Positions 9,150 through 18,354 of a stretch of DNA of 64,000 nt are shown here, piece by piece (position 1 is the stretch's first letter; the number at the start of each line of letters is the position of its first letter). The notes under the pieces were generated by a model. That model made no database searches and was not told where the DNA came from. It saw only the letters and a program-made list of their open reading frames with translations. The DNA comes from Bacillota bacterium. GTDB taxonomy: Bacteria > Bacillota > Clostridia > Christensenellales > UMGS416. A program made the translations under genes and the position numbers. The stretch spans positions 27,544 through 91,543 of the forward strand of contig JAEYPH010000021.1 of the NCBI GenBank assembly GCA_023410875.1. The letters are read 5' to 3'.

Positions 9150-11501
9150 TCACTTCGAGGGCTGAAACTTGTACCGCGTCCTCGTGCCCTCGAAGGGCTG
9201 CTCCAGCGTGATGCCGTCGTCCGTGCGCAGCACCAGCGATCCGTTATCGCTGGCAATGTAGCCCACCAGAGTGCCCTCACGCACGGTATAGTCCATCGTC
9301 TTGCCGTCGCGGAACAGCAGCCAGCCCGCCTCGCTGCGCATCAGCGCCAAATCCCCGACCCCGCCATACAGGAAGGTATACTCCATCTCGTTGCCAGCGC
9401 TGTCACGCTGCGGCTTTTTCAATTGCACGACTTGGCCGTCGCGGACGCGGCACGCGTACAGCCCCGGCCGCTGGCCATCCTGGTACCCCTGGAACAGCAC
9501 CCACCCGCCGGCAGCGTTGGGGTTTATATGCGTGATCTTCCAACCCTCGCACACCGCCGTGGCCTTGCCGCTGGCTGGGTCGATCTTCCACAGCCCACCC
9601 TTGCTCTGGCTGGTCGCGTACAGCGCCTTGTCCACAAAGCACGGGAAGCTGTAGCCTTCCATGCGGAGGCCCTTCCCCTTCGTCCTGTCGATGGTATGCA
9701 AAGTCCTGCCGCCGCCATCGCCCGTGCCATAGGTGCTGAAAGCCGCGTAGTCCTGCCCCGGTGAAACGGACAGGTCGCCATAGAACTCCTGGCCTTCCAG
9801 TGCATCGGCATCCCACAGCGTTTTGCCATCGGCGGTCACGCCGTCGGCGCCATAGGAAAGGCCGGAGATCGTCAGCGCGGCGTCCAGCGACGTATAGAAA
9901 ACACCGGGCTTACCGTCCTTGAGCGGCGCGTAGGTCTCATTGAGCAGGTCCACCGCCACGTCATCAGCCAGAAAGCGCCAGGCGATGGGGTCCGTCCACT
10001 TGCGCACCGATTCACTCCCGTCGGCGGGCATCAGCCAATGGGGCTGCTGCCGCTGCACGAACAGCGAAATGCTGGCGTCGGTGTTCCAGCGCTGGCCGGG
10101 CGCAGCGTCCATCTCGTAGCATACGCCCTCGGCCACTCCGTCCCGGCCGCTGTCCTGATAGCTGACCCGCGCGACGATGCCCGCATCCTTGAGCTTGGCA
10201 ACCGCCTTGGCCTCGGGCAGGCCGGTGACATCCGGCAGCGTGACAATTCGACGGGGCGCGAAGAGCATGGCCAGCTGCTCGTCGGTGTAAGTCGCCTGCA
10301 TGCTCTGCTTCATCTCGTCGCTCAGGTCGTCCCAGGATAGTTCGCCCAGGTAGTCCTCAATGGGGCCTTCGGTCTTGAGCATCGTAACATCGGGTTTATC
10401 TTTGGGATTGTGGTAGATGACCGTGCCTTGGGCAGGATAGGTGTCGGTCGTGAAGGACTGCCGGAGCTGCCCTCCGCCCGACGACGAAATCACCTTCTCG
10501 GTGACGACGACATAGCCTTCCCGGGGCTGGATGACCGACGCGCGCCCCCTGGGTATGGCCTCATGTGCCACATACTCCGTGGTATCCGGTGTATCCAGCT
10601 TCTGCGCCACGGAGCTCTCCAGCGTGATTGTCTGGGTTTTCTCCGGCACAGTCCCGGTGAAGGCGCACCAGAACCCGCCTCCGGCCTCATTCTCCGCATG
10701 CAGCCGCAGCGTCACCGGCTCGCCGTAGGGGTTGGAGATCGCCAGGTCATATCCTTTGCCAAAGTCCACATTGGCGTCCTGCCCGGCGGGCACATAGGCG
10801 GGTGGCTGCTCGTGGGCGTGGCGCTCCACGATGGTCAGCCCCGCGCACACGGCGCTCTGATACATCAGCGTCGTCACCATATCCACCCCCGTGATCCCTT
10901 CGTTCGGGGCGCCGTCGGTAAAAACGGGCATCGTGTTCAGCGCCTGCCTGGCCTTTTTGCCCACAGCCTCCCAGAATCGCAGCGTCTGCCCGGGCTTGAG
11001 CACGATGCCGTCCAGGCGCTCGCTGAGCTGCAGGATGTTCTGCATCGCCGGATCGCTGTTGGGCAGCGTCAGGCCGGCCACCGCCAGGCCATTCTTCACG
11101 TTCCATAGGCTGCTTAGGGGCGTCGGCGTCGCCTCGGGCGCTGTGGTTTCCCTCCCGACAGCCGCTTGCGTTGCGGCGGCGGAAGCCTCCGGCCTGGCCG
11201 TGGCCTGCGCTGTGGCCTGCGGCACGGCCGAGGCCGCAGCCGTGACCCGTTTCGTGGCCGCTGCAGAGGCCTGCGCCGTGGCCTGCGGAGCCACCGCATC
11301 GGGGAACACGCCGCCCCGCAGCGTAACAAACACCACCATTGCGGCCACAGCCAGCGTGCCGGCGGCGATGGGCATCCAGCCCACGGCGCGCCTGGCATTG
11401 TGCGGCGGCAGCGTGTGCAGCGTATGCGCCACCCGGTGGGAGAAAGTCGCCGGCGTGGGCCCAAAGATATCGGGATACCGTTTGTTTCTCATCTGGCTCA
11501 T
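9150..11501 (-). CDS. Membrane-anchored anti-sigma-like protein with VanW-like, PASTA-like and beta-propeller-like ectodomains
   Basis: 783 aa. ATGA overlap with the upstream ECF sigma gene. Short cytoplasmic N-terminus, one TM (IAAGTLAVAAMVVFVTL) and an Ala/Thr-rich linker. VanW-like block (ITGVDMVTTLMYQSAVCAGL...VDFGKGYDLAISN) and PASTA-like block (LPDVTGLPEAKAVAKLKDAGIVARV). Confidence 0.7.
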   Translation of the reverse strand: MSQMRNKRYPDIFGPTPATFSHRVAHTLHTLPPHNARRAVGWMPIAAGTLAVAAMVVFVTLRGGVFPDAVAPQATAQASAAATKRVTAAASAVPQATAQATARPEASAAATQAAVGRETTAPEATPTPLSSLWNVKNGLAVAGLTLPNSDPAMQNILQLSERLDGIVLKPGQTLRFWEAVGKKARQALNTMPVFTDGAPNEGITGVDMVTTLMYQSAVCAGLTIVERHAHEQPPAYVPAGQDANVDFGKGYDLAISNPYGEPVTLRLHAENEAGGGFWCAFTGTVPEKTQTITLESSVAQKLDTPDTTEYVAHEAIPRGRASVIQPREGYVVVTEKVISSSGGGQLRQSFTTDTYPAQGTVIYHNPKDKPDVTMLKTEGPIEDYLGELSWDDLSDEMKQSMQATYTDEQLAMLFAPRRIVTLPDVTGLPEAKAVAKLKDAGIVARVSYQDSGRDGVAEGVCYEMDAAPGQRWNTDASISLFVQRQQPHWLMPADGSESVRKWTDPIAWRFLADDVAVDLLNETYAPLKDGKPGVFYTSLDAALTISGLSYGADGVTADGKTLWDADALEGQEFYGDLSVSPGQDYAAFSTYGTGDGGGRTLHTIDRTKGKGLRMEGYSFPCFVDKALYATSQSKGGLWKIDPASGKATAVCEGWKITHINPNAAGGWVLFQGYQDGQRPGLYACRVRDGQVVQLKKPQRDSAGNEMEYTFLYGGVGDLALMRSEAGWLLFRDGKTMDYTVREGTLVGYIASDNGSLVLRTDDGITLEQPFEGTRTRYKFQPSK

Positions 11502-12031
11502 GCCTGTTCCTCCGTTTGCATCCGTCCGGCCAGCTTGGCCCGGGCGCGGGACAGCCGGCTCTTGACCGTGCCCACAGGCACTCCCAGCGCCCGCGCCGCC
11601 TCCTCCATAGAGAAGCCCTCCACATACACGATCACGACCGCCAGGCGCAGCCTCTCCGGCAGCGCCAGTATGGCGTCACGCAGGTCCAGCGTGGCGTCGG
11701 CGTCGGTGCTCACGGCGCGGTCCGCCGCCTGCAGCGGCAGCACGCTGCGATAGCGCCGGCACAGCGTGTAGCATTCGTTGAGCACAATGCGCACCAGCCA
11801 CGTACGGAAATACTCCGGCCGGCGCAGGCTGCCCACGCCCCGCCAGGCCTTGAGCAGCGCCTCCTGCACGGCATCGGCGCAATCCTCGTCGCTGCGCAAC
11901 ACCGTGCGCGACACGCGGTAGAGCGTGCGCTCGCAGCTGTGCACCAGACGGCCGAAGGCTTGCGCATCGCCTCGGGTTGCCAGCGCGGCGTCATCGTCGT
12001 GCTGGACCCTTTCGGCGGTTTCCTCGGTCAT
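11498..12031 (-). CDS. ECF-type RNA polymerase sigma-70 family factor
   Basis: 177 aa. Region 2 (CADAVQEALLKAWRGVGSLRRPEYFRTWLVRIVLNEC) and region 4 (VYVEGFSMEEAARALGVPVGTVKSRLSRARAKL). AAGGAGA RBS. Confidence 0.88.
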   Translation of the reverse strand: MTEETAERVQHDDDAALATRGDAQAFGRLVHSCERTLYRVSRTVLRSDEDCADAVQEALLKAWRGVGSLRRPEYFRTWLVRIVLNECYTLCRRYRSVLPLQAADRAVSTDADATLDLRDAILALPERLRLAVVIVYVEGFSMEEAARALGVPVGTVKSRLSRARAKLAGRMQTEEQA

Positions 12032-12151
12032 ATGGGCTCTCCTTTTTGTCGGGATGCATCCGTCCGGATGTTAGATGGTAAAAGTTGAGAAACAGTTTCA
12101 TCCCCATCGAAATGATAGAAAGCGGAGCACAAGCACGCCCGCTTGCTCCGG

Positions 12152-12415
12152 TCAGCCCTCGTAGGCTTCTTTGAAGACCCGAAGGATGTTTTCCTTCTGC
12201 GGCACACCCTCGTGCAGCTTTACACCGCCCACATAGAATGTCGGTACAAAATAATAGTCATAGCGCGCGGCCACGGCGGGTTCGCGGTTCTCGTCGATGA
12301 TTTCCAGCTCCACGGCCTTGTACTCGGGGTGTTCATAAAAGACCTCGTCCATCCAGCGATGGGCGTTTCTGCAATAGGGGCAGGACGCCATCGTGAACAT
12401 CAGTACCTTTTTCAT
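12152..12415 (-). CDS. Glutaredoxin-like thioredoxin-fold protein
   Basis: 87 aa with a CPYC redox motif near the N-terminus (MFTMASCPYCRNA). AGGAGG RBS. Confidence 0.75.
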   Translation of the reverse strand: MKKVLMFTMASCPYCRNAHRWMDEVFYEHPEYKAVELEIIDENREPAVAARYDYYFVPTFYVGGVKLHEGVPQKENILRVFKEAYEG

Positions 12416-12596
12416 GGGGATTCCTCCTGTGTCAGACGGTTTTCCTTATTATACTACAAGCCCGGTGATATAAATATCCTGAGCAGCCGCCCTGGCTTCA
12501 TTGACTCCGGGAACCCTACTTGACCCAGATCGCATCCGTCACTATCCTGTATCCATAATATTTAAGAATAGAAATATTGTCAGTGGAGGAATGAAG

Positions 12597-13628
12597 ATGA
12601 GTGATTGGAAAGCCATGCTCAGAGCAGACGCAACAAGCTGGCTGCTGGAAGAAGATAACCCTTCTGTGCGCTATTTTACATTGAAAAACATTATGGACAG
12701 ACCGGATGATGATAAGGATGTCCAAACCGCTAAACACAGAATCATGCAAACAGGTATTGTGCCCGACATGCTTCAAAGGCAGCGAGAAACGGAGTATATT
12801 CATACTTACCACCGATTCTACACTTACAAATACAAAGGCCTTGTTTGGTCACTGATTACACTTGCTGAATTAGGCGCTGAGGCAACACCCCAAGTTAAAG
12901 AACAATGCGAGTATCTGCTTGAAAATGCACAAGAAAGTCAGGACGGCGGTTTTTCACAAAACACAGCTGTGAGGACAGGCGGCGGCAGAATAACCGAAGT
13001 AATCCCCTGCCTGACTGGAAACATGGTGTGGAGCCTGATACACTTTGGTTATCTCGATGACCCAAGGCTGCAAAAAGGTATTGAATGGATTACTCGGTTT
13101 ATGCGCTTCAATGACGGTGTAGCGGATGACCCGCAAGCCCCGCCATATGATCGTTTGGATATGTGTTGGGGCGCTCACACCTGCCATATGGGTGTAGTCA
13201 AGGCGCTCAAAGGATTAAGTGCCGTACCGTTAGAAAGAAGAACCAATGAAATAAACGACACGATACAAAAAGCGTCGCAATATTTGCTGATTCACCATAT
13301 ATATAAGCGCAGTCATAACTTAAGCCGGACTTCAAAACCGGGCTGGCTCAAATTCGGCTTTCCTCTGATGTATCAGACGGATGTGTTGGAAATATTGGAT
13401 ATCCTGACCGGGTTGGATATCAAAGACAACCGTATGGAGGATGCTATAAACATTATTCTTTCGAAACAAGATGATGACGGCAGATGGAAAGTGGAGAACA
13501 CCTATAACAGTGACCGTTTGCTGGTATCAATCGGACAAAAAGACGAGCAAAGCAAATGGATTACGCTTCGGGCAATGAGCGTACTAAAAAGATACCATCA
13601 TACGCGCATGGCAGGATACGTATATTAA
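12597..13628 (+). CDS. Hypothetical protein, possibly with an alpha/alpha-toroid (prenyltransferase/terpene-cyclase-like) fold
   Basis: Long ORF in a visibly AT-richer stretch. GGAGGA lies 6 nt before ATG 12597. The fold guess rests on remembered similarity only. Confidence 0.55.
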   Translation: MSDWKAMLRADATSWLLEEDNPSVRYFTLKNIMDRPDDDKDVQTAKHRIMQTGIVPDMLQRQRETEYIHTYHRFYTYKYKGLVWSLITLAELGAEATPQVKEQCEYLLENAQESQDGGFSQNTAVRTGGGRITEVIPCLTGNMVWSLIHFGYLDDPRLQKGIEWITRFMRFNDGVADDPQAPPYDRLDMCWGAHTCHMGVVKALKGLSAVPLERRTNEINDTIQKASQYLLIHHIYKRSHNLSRTSKPGWLKFGFPLMYQTDVLEILDILTGLDIKDNRMEDAINIILSKQDDDGRWKVENTYNSDRLLVSIGQKDEQSKWITLRAMSVLKRYHHTRMAGYVY

Positions 13629-13705
13629 ACGTTTTATGCTGCCAAAAGGCTGTATGTGAAATTGATAGCCTCCCTTAAAAGCAAATATATCGCAATGAGA
13701 GAAAG

Positions 13706-13733
13706 CAAGCCCGCTGATTTTCCAGCGGGCTTG
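13706..13733. terminator. Bidirectional hairpin between convergent genes
   Basis: Perfect 11-bp stem CAAGCCCGCTG / CAGCGGGCTTG with loop ATTTTC. No strong U-tract on the plus side; CTTTCTCTC on the minus side. Confidence 0.5.
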
Positions 13734-13786
13734 TCCAAACAGACTTCAATCGAATGACAGGATGTGCGTTATGCTACCGTAGCGAC

Positions 13787-14887
13787 TTACTGCGGCTTGC
13801 CATCCTTAAAGTAGATCGTCTTGCCGCTCTCGCTGGAGCGGTAAATGGCCTCCAGAATCTCGCTGACCACCAACGCCTGCTCCGGCAGCACCATCGGCGC
13901 GCCATTGCCCTTCACGGCCTCTATCCACTGCCACGCGTCGTATTCCACATCGTTCATATTGCGGCCCCATGTCCGGGGGCGGTTGTGGTTGTGCACCTTG
14001 ACCTTGTTCAGGTACAGCGAGCGGTTCACCTCTCCATTGACGCGCAGGCCCTCGGAGAAATCTAGACCGGCCTTGTCTCCGCACAGCGTGATGGAGCCGA
14101 ACTGGTCCTCGGCTAGGTTGAGCATCCACGCGCATTCCACGTTCATGACCATGCCGTTGGTGAAGCGCACAAAGGCAAAGGCTGAATCCTCCACGTCGTA
14201 TTCCTCCGGCGTCCACACGCCGAAGCCCGGCTCGTTGGCGCTCAAAGGCGTCTTGCCCAGCTTCTGAAACACCTTGCCGGTCACGCTCTCCACGTCATAG
14301 TTGCCGGTCAACCACATCACGCGATCCACACTGTGGGTCGCGATGTCGATGAGCGGGCCGCCGCCCTGGGCTTCGGCGTTCAGGAACACGCCCCAGCACG
14401 GCACGCCGCGGCGGCGCAGCGCCTGGGCGCGGGTGTAGTAGATATCGCCCAGCGCGCCCTGCTCCACCAGCTCCCGGGCGGCCATGTTGGCGGCGTCGCT
14501 GCGGCCATTGTAGCCGATGCTCAAGAGCTTGCCGGTGCGCTTGTGGGCTTCCAGCATGGCGCGGGCCTGAGCGGCGGTCTTGGCCATGGGCTTTTCGCAC
14601 ATGACATGCTTGCCGGCTTCCATGGCGGCGATGGAAATCTCCGCGTGGCTCACGTTGGGCGTGAGCACATGCACGACGGTGATGTCCTGAAGCTCCAGCA
14701 GCTGCCGGTAGTCGGTGAATACTTTGGCGTCCGATGTGCCGTAGGCGTCGGCAGCGGCCTGGGCCCGCTCCGGCAGGATGTCGCAGAAGGCCGAGAGCTC
14801 CACGTCGGGCAGCTTGCTCAGCGAGGGCAGATGCTTGCCGTTGGCGATGCCGCCGCAGCCGATGATGCCGACACGAATTTTATCCAT
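13787..14887 (-). CDS. Gfo/Idh/MocA family NAD(P)-dependent oxidoreductase
   Basis: ORF trimmed to ATG 14887 (AAAGGTGGA upstream), giving MDKIRVGIIGCGGIANGKHLP, a Rossmann N-terminus. EKPMA motif present. Confidence 0.88.
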   Translation of the reverse strand: MDKIRVGIIGCGGIANGKHLPSLSKLPDVELSAFCDILPERAQAAADAYGTSDAKVFTDYRQLLELQDITVVHVLTPNVSHAEISIAAMEAGKHVMCEKPMAKTAAQARAMLEAHKRTGKLLSIGYNGRSDAANMAARELVEQGALGDIYYTRAQALRRRGVPCWGVFLNAEAQGGGPLIDIATHSVDRVMWLTGNYDVESVTGKVFQKLGKTPLSANEPGFGVWTPEEYDVEDSAFAFVRFTNGMVMNVECAWMLNLAEDQFGSITLCGDKAGLDFSEGLRVNGEVNRSLYLNKVKVHNHNRPRTWGRNMNDVEYDAWQWIEAVKGNGAPMVLPEQALVVSEILEAIYRSSESGKTIYFKDGKPQ

Positions 14888-15046
14888 GGGAATCCACCTT
14901 TCATGATTGATATGGACGTAACCGCTAAGCAGTTCGACGGCAAGGCGCCATTTCCTGCCGGATCGGGCATAGTGTTCCATTCTTGCATCGGTGCGCTATA
15001 TATGGTATACCATACGCATGCCCACACACCGGAAAGGATGAACCCC

Positions 15047-15769
15047 ATGAAGATCAGCACCTTTGCGTCCCCTCAGGCCATCGTGGAAGAGGGCCTTACG
15101 ATCAAGCAACGCTTCGTCATCGTCATCGATACGCTGCGCGCCACCAGCGTCATCACGGCGGCGCTGTCGCGGGGAGCCAAGGGTGTGATACCGGTTATGG
15201 AGATAGAGGAGGCCGTCCGGCTGTACCAGAACCTGGACAACGAACGGACCCTGCTGTGCGGCGAGCGCGAGGGCAACCCCATTCCCGGCTTCCATCTGGG
15301 CAATTCCGCCATGGAATATACGCCCGCCGCCGTAGCCGGCAAAACGCTGATCATGACCACGACCAACGGCACCCGCGCCATACACGCCGCCGGGCAGGCC
15401 CGCGCGCTGGCGCTGGGCTGCCTGCTCAATGCCGCCGCCGTGGCTGCCGGCGCCCGGCGCAGCGGCCTGGATGTGACGATACTGTGCGCGGGCACCCGGG
15501 GCCGCTTCACGCTGGAGGACATCCTGACCGCCGGCGCCATCGTGGAACGCCTGGGTGCGCCCGACGCCGTGATGGACGACCTGAGCATGCTCAGCCATGA
15601 CCTGTACCTGCGCCACTACGGCGATCTGAAGGGTGCGCTGCGCCAGTGCACCCATGCCAGCTATCTGGCCGAAGCCGGATACGGCCAGGACATCGACTAC
15701 TGCATGCAGGCGGACCTGTTGAACGCCGTGCCCTATTATGAAAAGGGTCTTGTTATGCTGGAGCGCTAA
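15047..15769 (+). CDS. 2-phosphosulfolactate phosphatase (ComB) family protein
   Basis: Real gene sits inside the over-long ORF 14333..15769. The run VIVIDTLRATSVITAALSRGAKGVIPV...GEREG...GFHLGNS matches the ComB family. Confidence 0.8.
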   Translation: MKISTFASPQAIVEEGLTIKQRFVIVIDTLRATSVITAALSRGAKGVIPVMEIEEAVRLYQNLDNERTLLCGEREGNPIPGFHLGNSAMEYTPAAVAGKTLIMTTTNGTRAIHAAGQARALALGCLLNAAAVAAGARRSGLDVTILCAGTRGRFTLEDILTAGAIVERLGAPDAVMDDLSMLSHDLYLRHYGDLKGALRQCTHASYLAEAGYGQDIDYCMQADLLNAVPYYEKGLVMLER

Positions 15770-15811
15770 ATAGGGGCTGTCCATAGTCCACATTTTGTAA
15801 ACAAAAAAATT

Positions 15812-15914
15812 GGGTCCGAAGGTTTCCAAAGGTCTGGCCGGGTCCTTCGGCCCCTGCTCGACCATGCATCCTGGGCGATCGGAGACCTTTGGTCGCGCCT
15901 CACGGGCGCGAAAT
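15812..15914 (+). repeat. Dispersed two-hairpin intergenic repeat, copy 2, with a roughly 40-nt insert in hairpin 1
   Basis: GGGTCCGAAGGTTTCC-[CCAAAGGTCT ...insert... AGACCTTTGG]-[TCGCGCC TCACG GGCGCGA]-AAT. The stem differs from copy 1 on both arms in a compensatory way. Confidence 0.8.
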
Positions 15915-15921
15915 CCTCAGG

Positions 15922-16470
15922 TTATTTTTCGTATACTGATTCTTTGAGTATACCGACATAGGGCAGATTGCGGTAATCCTCGGCGTAATCCAGCCCATAG
16001 CCCACGACGAAGGCGTTGGGGATCGTGAAGCCCGTATAGTCGGCCTCTATGACGGCGCGGCGGCGCTCGGGTTTATCCAGCAGCGTGCAGATCTTTAACG
16101 ACGCCGGGCCGCGGGAGCGCAGCATCTCCGTCAGATATTTGAGCGTGAGCCCCGTGTCCAGGATGTCCTCCACGACAACGACATGGCGGCCCTCGATGCT
16201 CTCGTCCAGGTCCTTGACCAGGCGCACCTCGCCGGACGTGCCGGTGCCCCGGCCATAGCTGGACACGGCGATGAAGTCCATCTGCACGTCGATGTCCATG
16301 GCGCGCAGCAGGTCGGCGTAGAAGATCGAAGAGCCCTTGAGCACGCACAGCATCAGCGGGCGCTTGCCCGCATAATCGGCTGCCAGCGCCGCCCCCAGCT
16401 GCGCCACCTTGTCGGCGATCTGCCGCTGCGTCAGCAGCACTTCCTTGATGTCGTCATGTCGTTTTGTCAC
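15922..16470 (-). CDS. hpt: Hypoxanthine phosphoribosyltransferase
   Basis: PRPP-binding motif VVVVEDILDTGLTL and the C-terminal run FVVGYGLDYAEDYRNLPYVG. The likely start is GTG 16470 (AGGAGAGG upstream) rather than the ORF-track start at 16509. Confidence 0.9.
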   Translation of the reverse strand: MTKRHDDIKEVLLTQRQIADKVAQLGAALAADYAGKRPLMLCVLKGSSIFYADLLRAMDIDVQMDFIAVSSYGRGTGTSGEVRLVKDLDESIEGRHVVVVEDILDTGLTLKYLTEMLRSRGPASLKICTLLDKPERRRAVIEADYTGFTIPNAFVVGYGLDYAEDYRNLPYVGILKESVYEK

Positions 16471-16505
16471 TTTGCATTCCTCTCCTATCCTCACACTGTG
16501 ATCGA

Positions 16506-17123
16506 TCAAAATGGCAGGCTGGGATCATACCGGGCGGGTCTGGTTCTGGCCGGCTTGGCCGGAGCCCCCAGGCAGCCGGCGGACAGCCCCAACCCTCGCA
16601 GCAGCGCCAGCGGGTCCGCCGCGCGGCGCTGCTCCATGGCTGCCAGCAGCGCCACGGCACAGGCTCTGGCGTCTTCCAGCGCATTGTGGTGGGCGAAGCG
16701 GTGCCCCAGGCTGGCCGCCACGGTGTTCAGGCGGTGGTTGTGCAGCGCCGGCCACGCCCGCTGGGCCATGCGGCATGTGCACAGATAGCTTGCCTGCGGT
16801 TCGGCGATGCCATAAAGCGCCAGCACCCGGCGCAGGCAGGTCATGTCGAAACTGGCGTTGTGGGCGGCCAGCAGCGCGCCGCAAAGCAGCGGCTGCATGC
16901 GCTCATACACGGCGTCGAACTCCGGCGCGTCGGCCACATCCTTGGGGTGGATGCCGTGCACACGGATGTTGAAGGGGTTGAACTCGCCGCAATCGGCGTG
17001 GGGCCGCACCAGCGAATAGAAGCTGTCCGCCAGCGCGCCATCCTGCACCACGACCACACCCACGGCGCACACGCTGCCCTGGAAGCCATTGGCGGTCTCG
17101 AAGTCGATACACGCAATCTTCAT
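16506..17123 (-). CDS. DEDDh 3'-5' exonuclease (DnaQ / Pol III epsilon-like)
   Basis: Trimmed to ATG 17123, giving MKIACIDFETANG (Exo I). HNASFD (Exo II) and HHNALEDA (Exo III) are present. ATGA-type overlap with mutY. Confidence 0.85.
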   Translation of the reverse strand: MKIACIDFETANGFQGSVCAVGVVVVQDGALADSFYSLVRPHADCGEFNPFNIRVHGIHPKDVADAPEFDAVYERMQPLLCGALLAAHNASFDMTCLRRVLALYGIAEPQASYLCTCRMAQRAWPALHNHRLNTVAASLGHRFAHHNALEDARACAVALLAAMEQRRAADPLALLRGLGLSAGCLGAPAKPARTRPARYDPSLPF

Positions 17124-18220
17124 GTTTCTTGTTCCTCCATGGCCCGCAGCAGCAGTCCGCGATAGGCCTTGAATGCGCTGGGCAGCGCATAACCTTCGCC
17201 CATCTGGGCGCGGCTGACCCACGCACAGCCCGGCGGCGCTTCCGCCGCGGCCACCCGCGCCAGATAGCCGGTCATTCGCCAGTGCACATGGGTGAAGATG
17301 TGCTCCGCCGCGGGCAGCTCCGCAAGCTCCTCAACCGCAACGCCCATGACCGAAAGCGCCCGCGCCGCCTGCTCCCGGTCCAGCTCCCCCATCTCATTGG
17401 GCAGCTCCCACAGGCCGGCCAGCAACCCCTTGGCCGGCCGCTGGCGCAGCAGCGCCCGCCCGGCGCTCACGATGGCCAGCACCGTGCGGTGCTCCTGCCG
17501 CCGGGGGCGCTTGGCTGCCTTGCGGGGGTAGGCCTCGGGCTGGCCCTGCTGCAGCGCCCGGCACCGGTCGGCCAGCGGGCAGCGCTGGCACTGCGGCCGG
17601 CCATTGGGCACGCACACGGTGGCGCCCAGTTCCATGAGCGCCTGGTTGAAATCCCCTGGTCGGTCGCAGGGCAACCGACTGCACAGTTCCTCGGCAAATA
17701 GCTTCTTGGCCTGCGGGCTGCCGCCATCGCCGGCCCAGGCGCTCAGGCGGCTGCCCACCCGCACCACGTTGCCGTCCACAGCCACTGCCGGCAGGCCGAA
17801 GGCGATGGACGCGACGGCGCCGGCGGTGTAGTCGCCGATGCCGGGCAGCGCCCGCAGCGCGTCATAATCCGCCGGCAGCGCGCCGCCGTGATGCTGCATG
17901 ATCAGCATGGCCGCCCGCTGCAGGCAGCGGGCGCGGCTATAGTAGCCCAGGCCCTCCCACAGCTTCATAAGCCGGTCTGTATCGCAGGCGGCCAGCGCCA
18001 CCACATCGGGCAGCTCCGCCAAAAATCGTTCGAAATAGGGCAGCACCGCCTCCACGCGGGTTTGCTGGAGCATGATCTCCGACACCCACACCCGGTAGGG
18101 CGTGGGTTGGGCCCGCCAGGGCAGGTCGCGGTGGCCGGCGTCGTACCAGCGCAGCAGCGCGGCAGCGATGTCCGGCAGTTCCGGGGCGGGGGCGGCGGGG
18201 TTGGGCGTAGATTGTATCAT
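17120..18220 (-). CDS. mutY: A/G-specific adenine DNA glycosylase MutY
   Basis: HhH-GPD core (LPGIGDYTAGAVASIAFG), Fe-S cluster loop CVPNGRPQCQRCPLADRC and a C-terminal NUDIX-like domain. Confidence 0.9.
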   Translation of the reverse strand: MIQSTPNPAAPAPELPDIAAALLRWYDAGHRDLPWRAQPTPYRVWVSEIMLQQTRVEAVLPYFERFLAELPDVVALAACDTDRLMKLWEGLGYYSRARCLQRAAMLIMQHHGGALPADYDALRALPGIGDYTAGAVASIAFGLPAVAVDGNVVRVGSRLSAWAGDGGSPQAKKLFAEELCSRLPCDRPGDFNQALMELGATVCVPNGRPQCQRCPLADRCRALQQGQPEAYPRKAAKRPRRQEHRTVLAIVSAGRALLRQRPAKGLLAGLWELPNEMGELDREQAARALSVMGVAVEELAELPAAEHIFTHVHWRMTGYLARVAAAEAPPGCAWVSRAQMGEGYALPSAFKAYRGLLLRAMEEQET

Positions 18221-18265
18221 TGCTCCATTATACAGCCAAAAAGTGTCCTGCGCAAAATGTCGAAA

Positions 18266-18300
18266 CTAAAAAACCGGCGCAACCGAGGGGGTTACGCCGG
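18266..18300 (-). terminator. Rho-independent terminator after the 603-aa anti-sigma-like gene
   Basis: Minus strand reads CCGGCGTAACC-CCCTC-GGTTGCGCCGG followed by TTTTTTAG. Confidence 0.75.
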
Positions 18301-18354
18301 TCAGACCGTAGACAATAGCCAGCGAGGGAAGGCAGCAAAAGATTATGTGCCTGC

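Noticed and set aside
12050-12100. TGAAAC-N16-CCATCT as an autoregulated ECF promoter, and the palindrome GGATGCATCC.
   Set aside because: The -35 is plausible, but the -10 lacks the CGT core typical of ECF promoters. It is mentioned only inside a finding and is not annotated as a feature.
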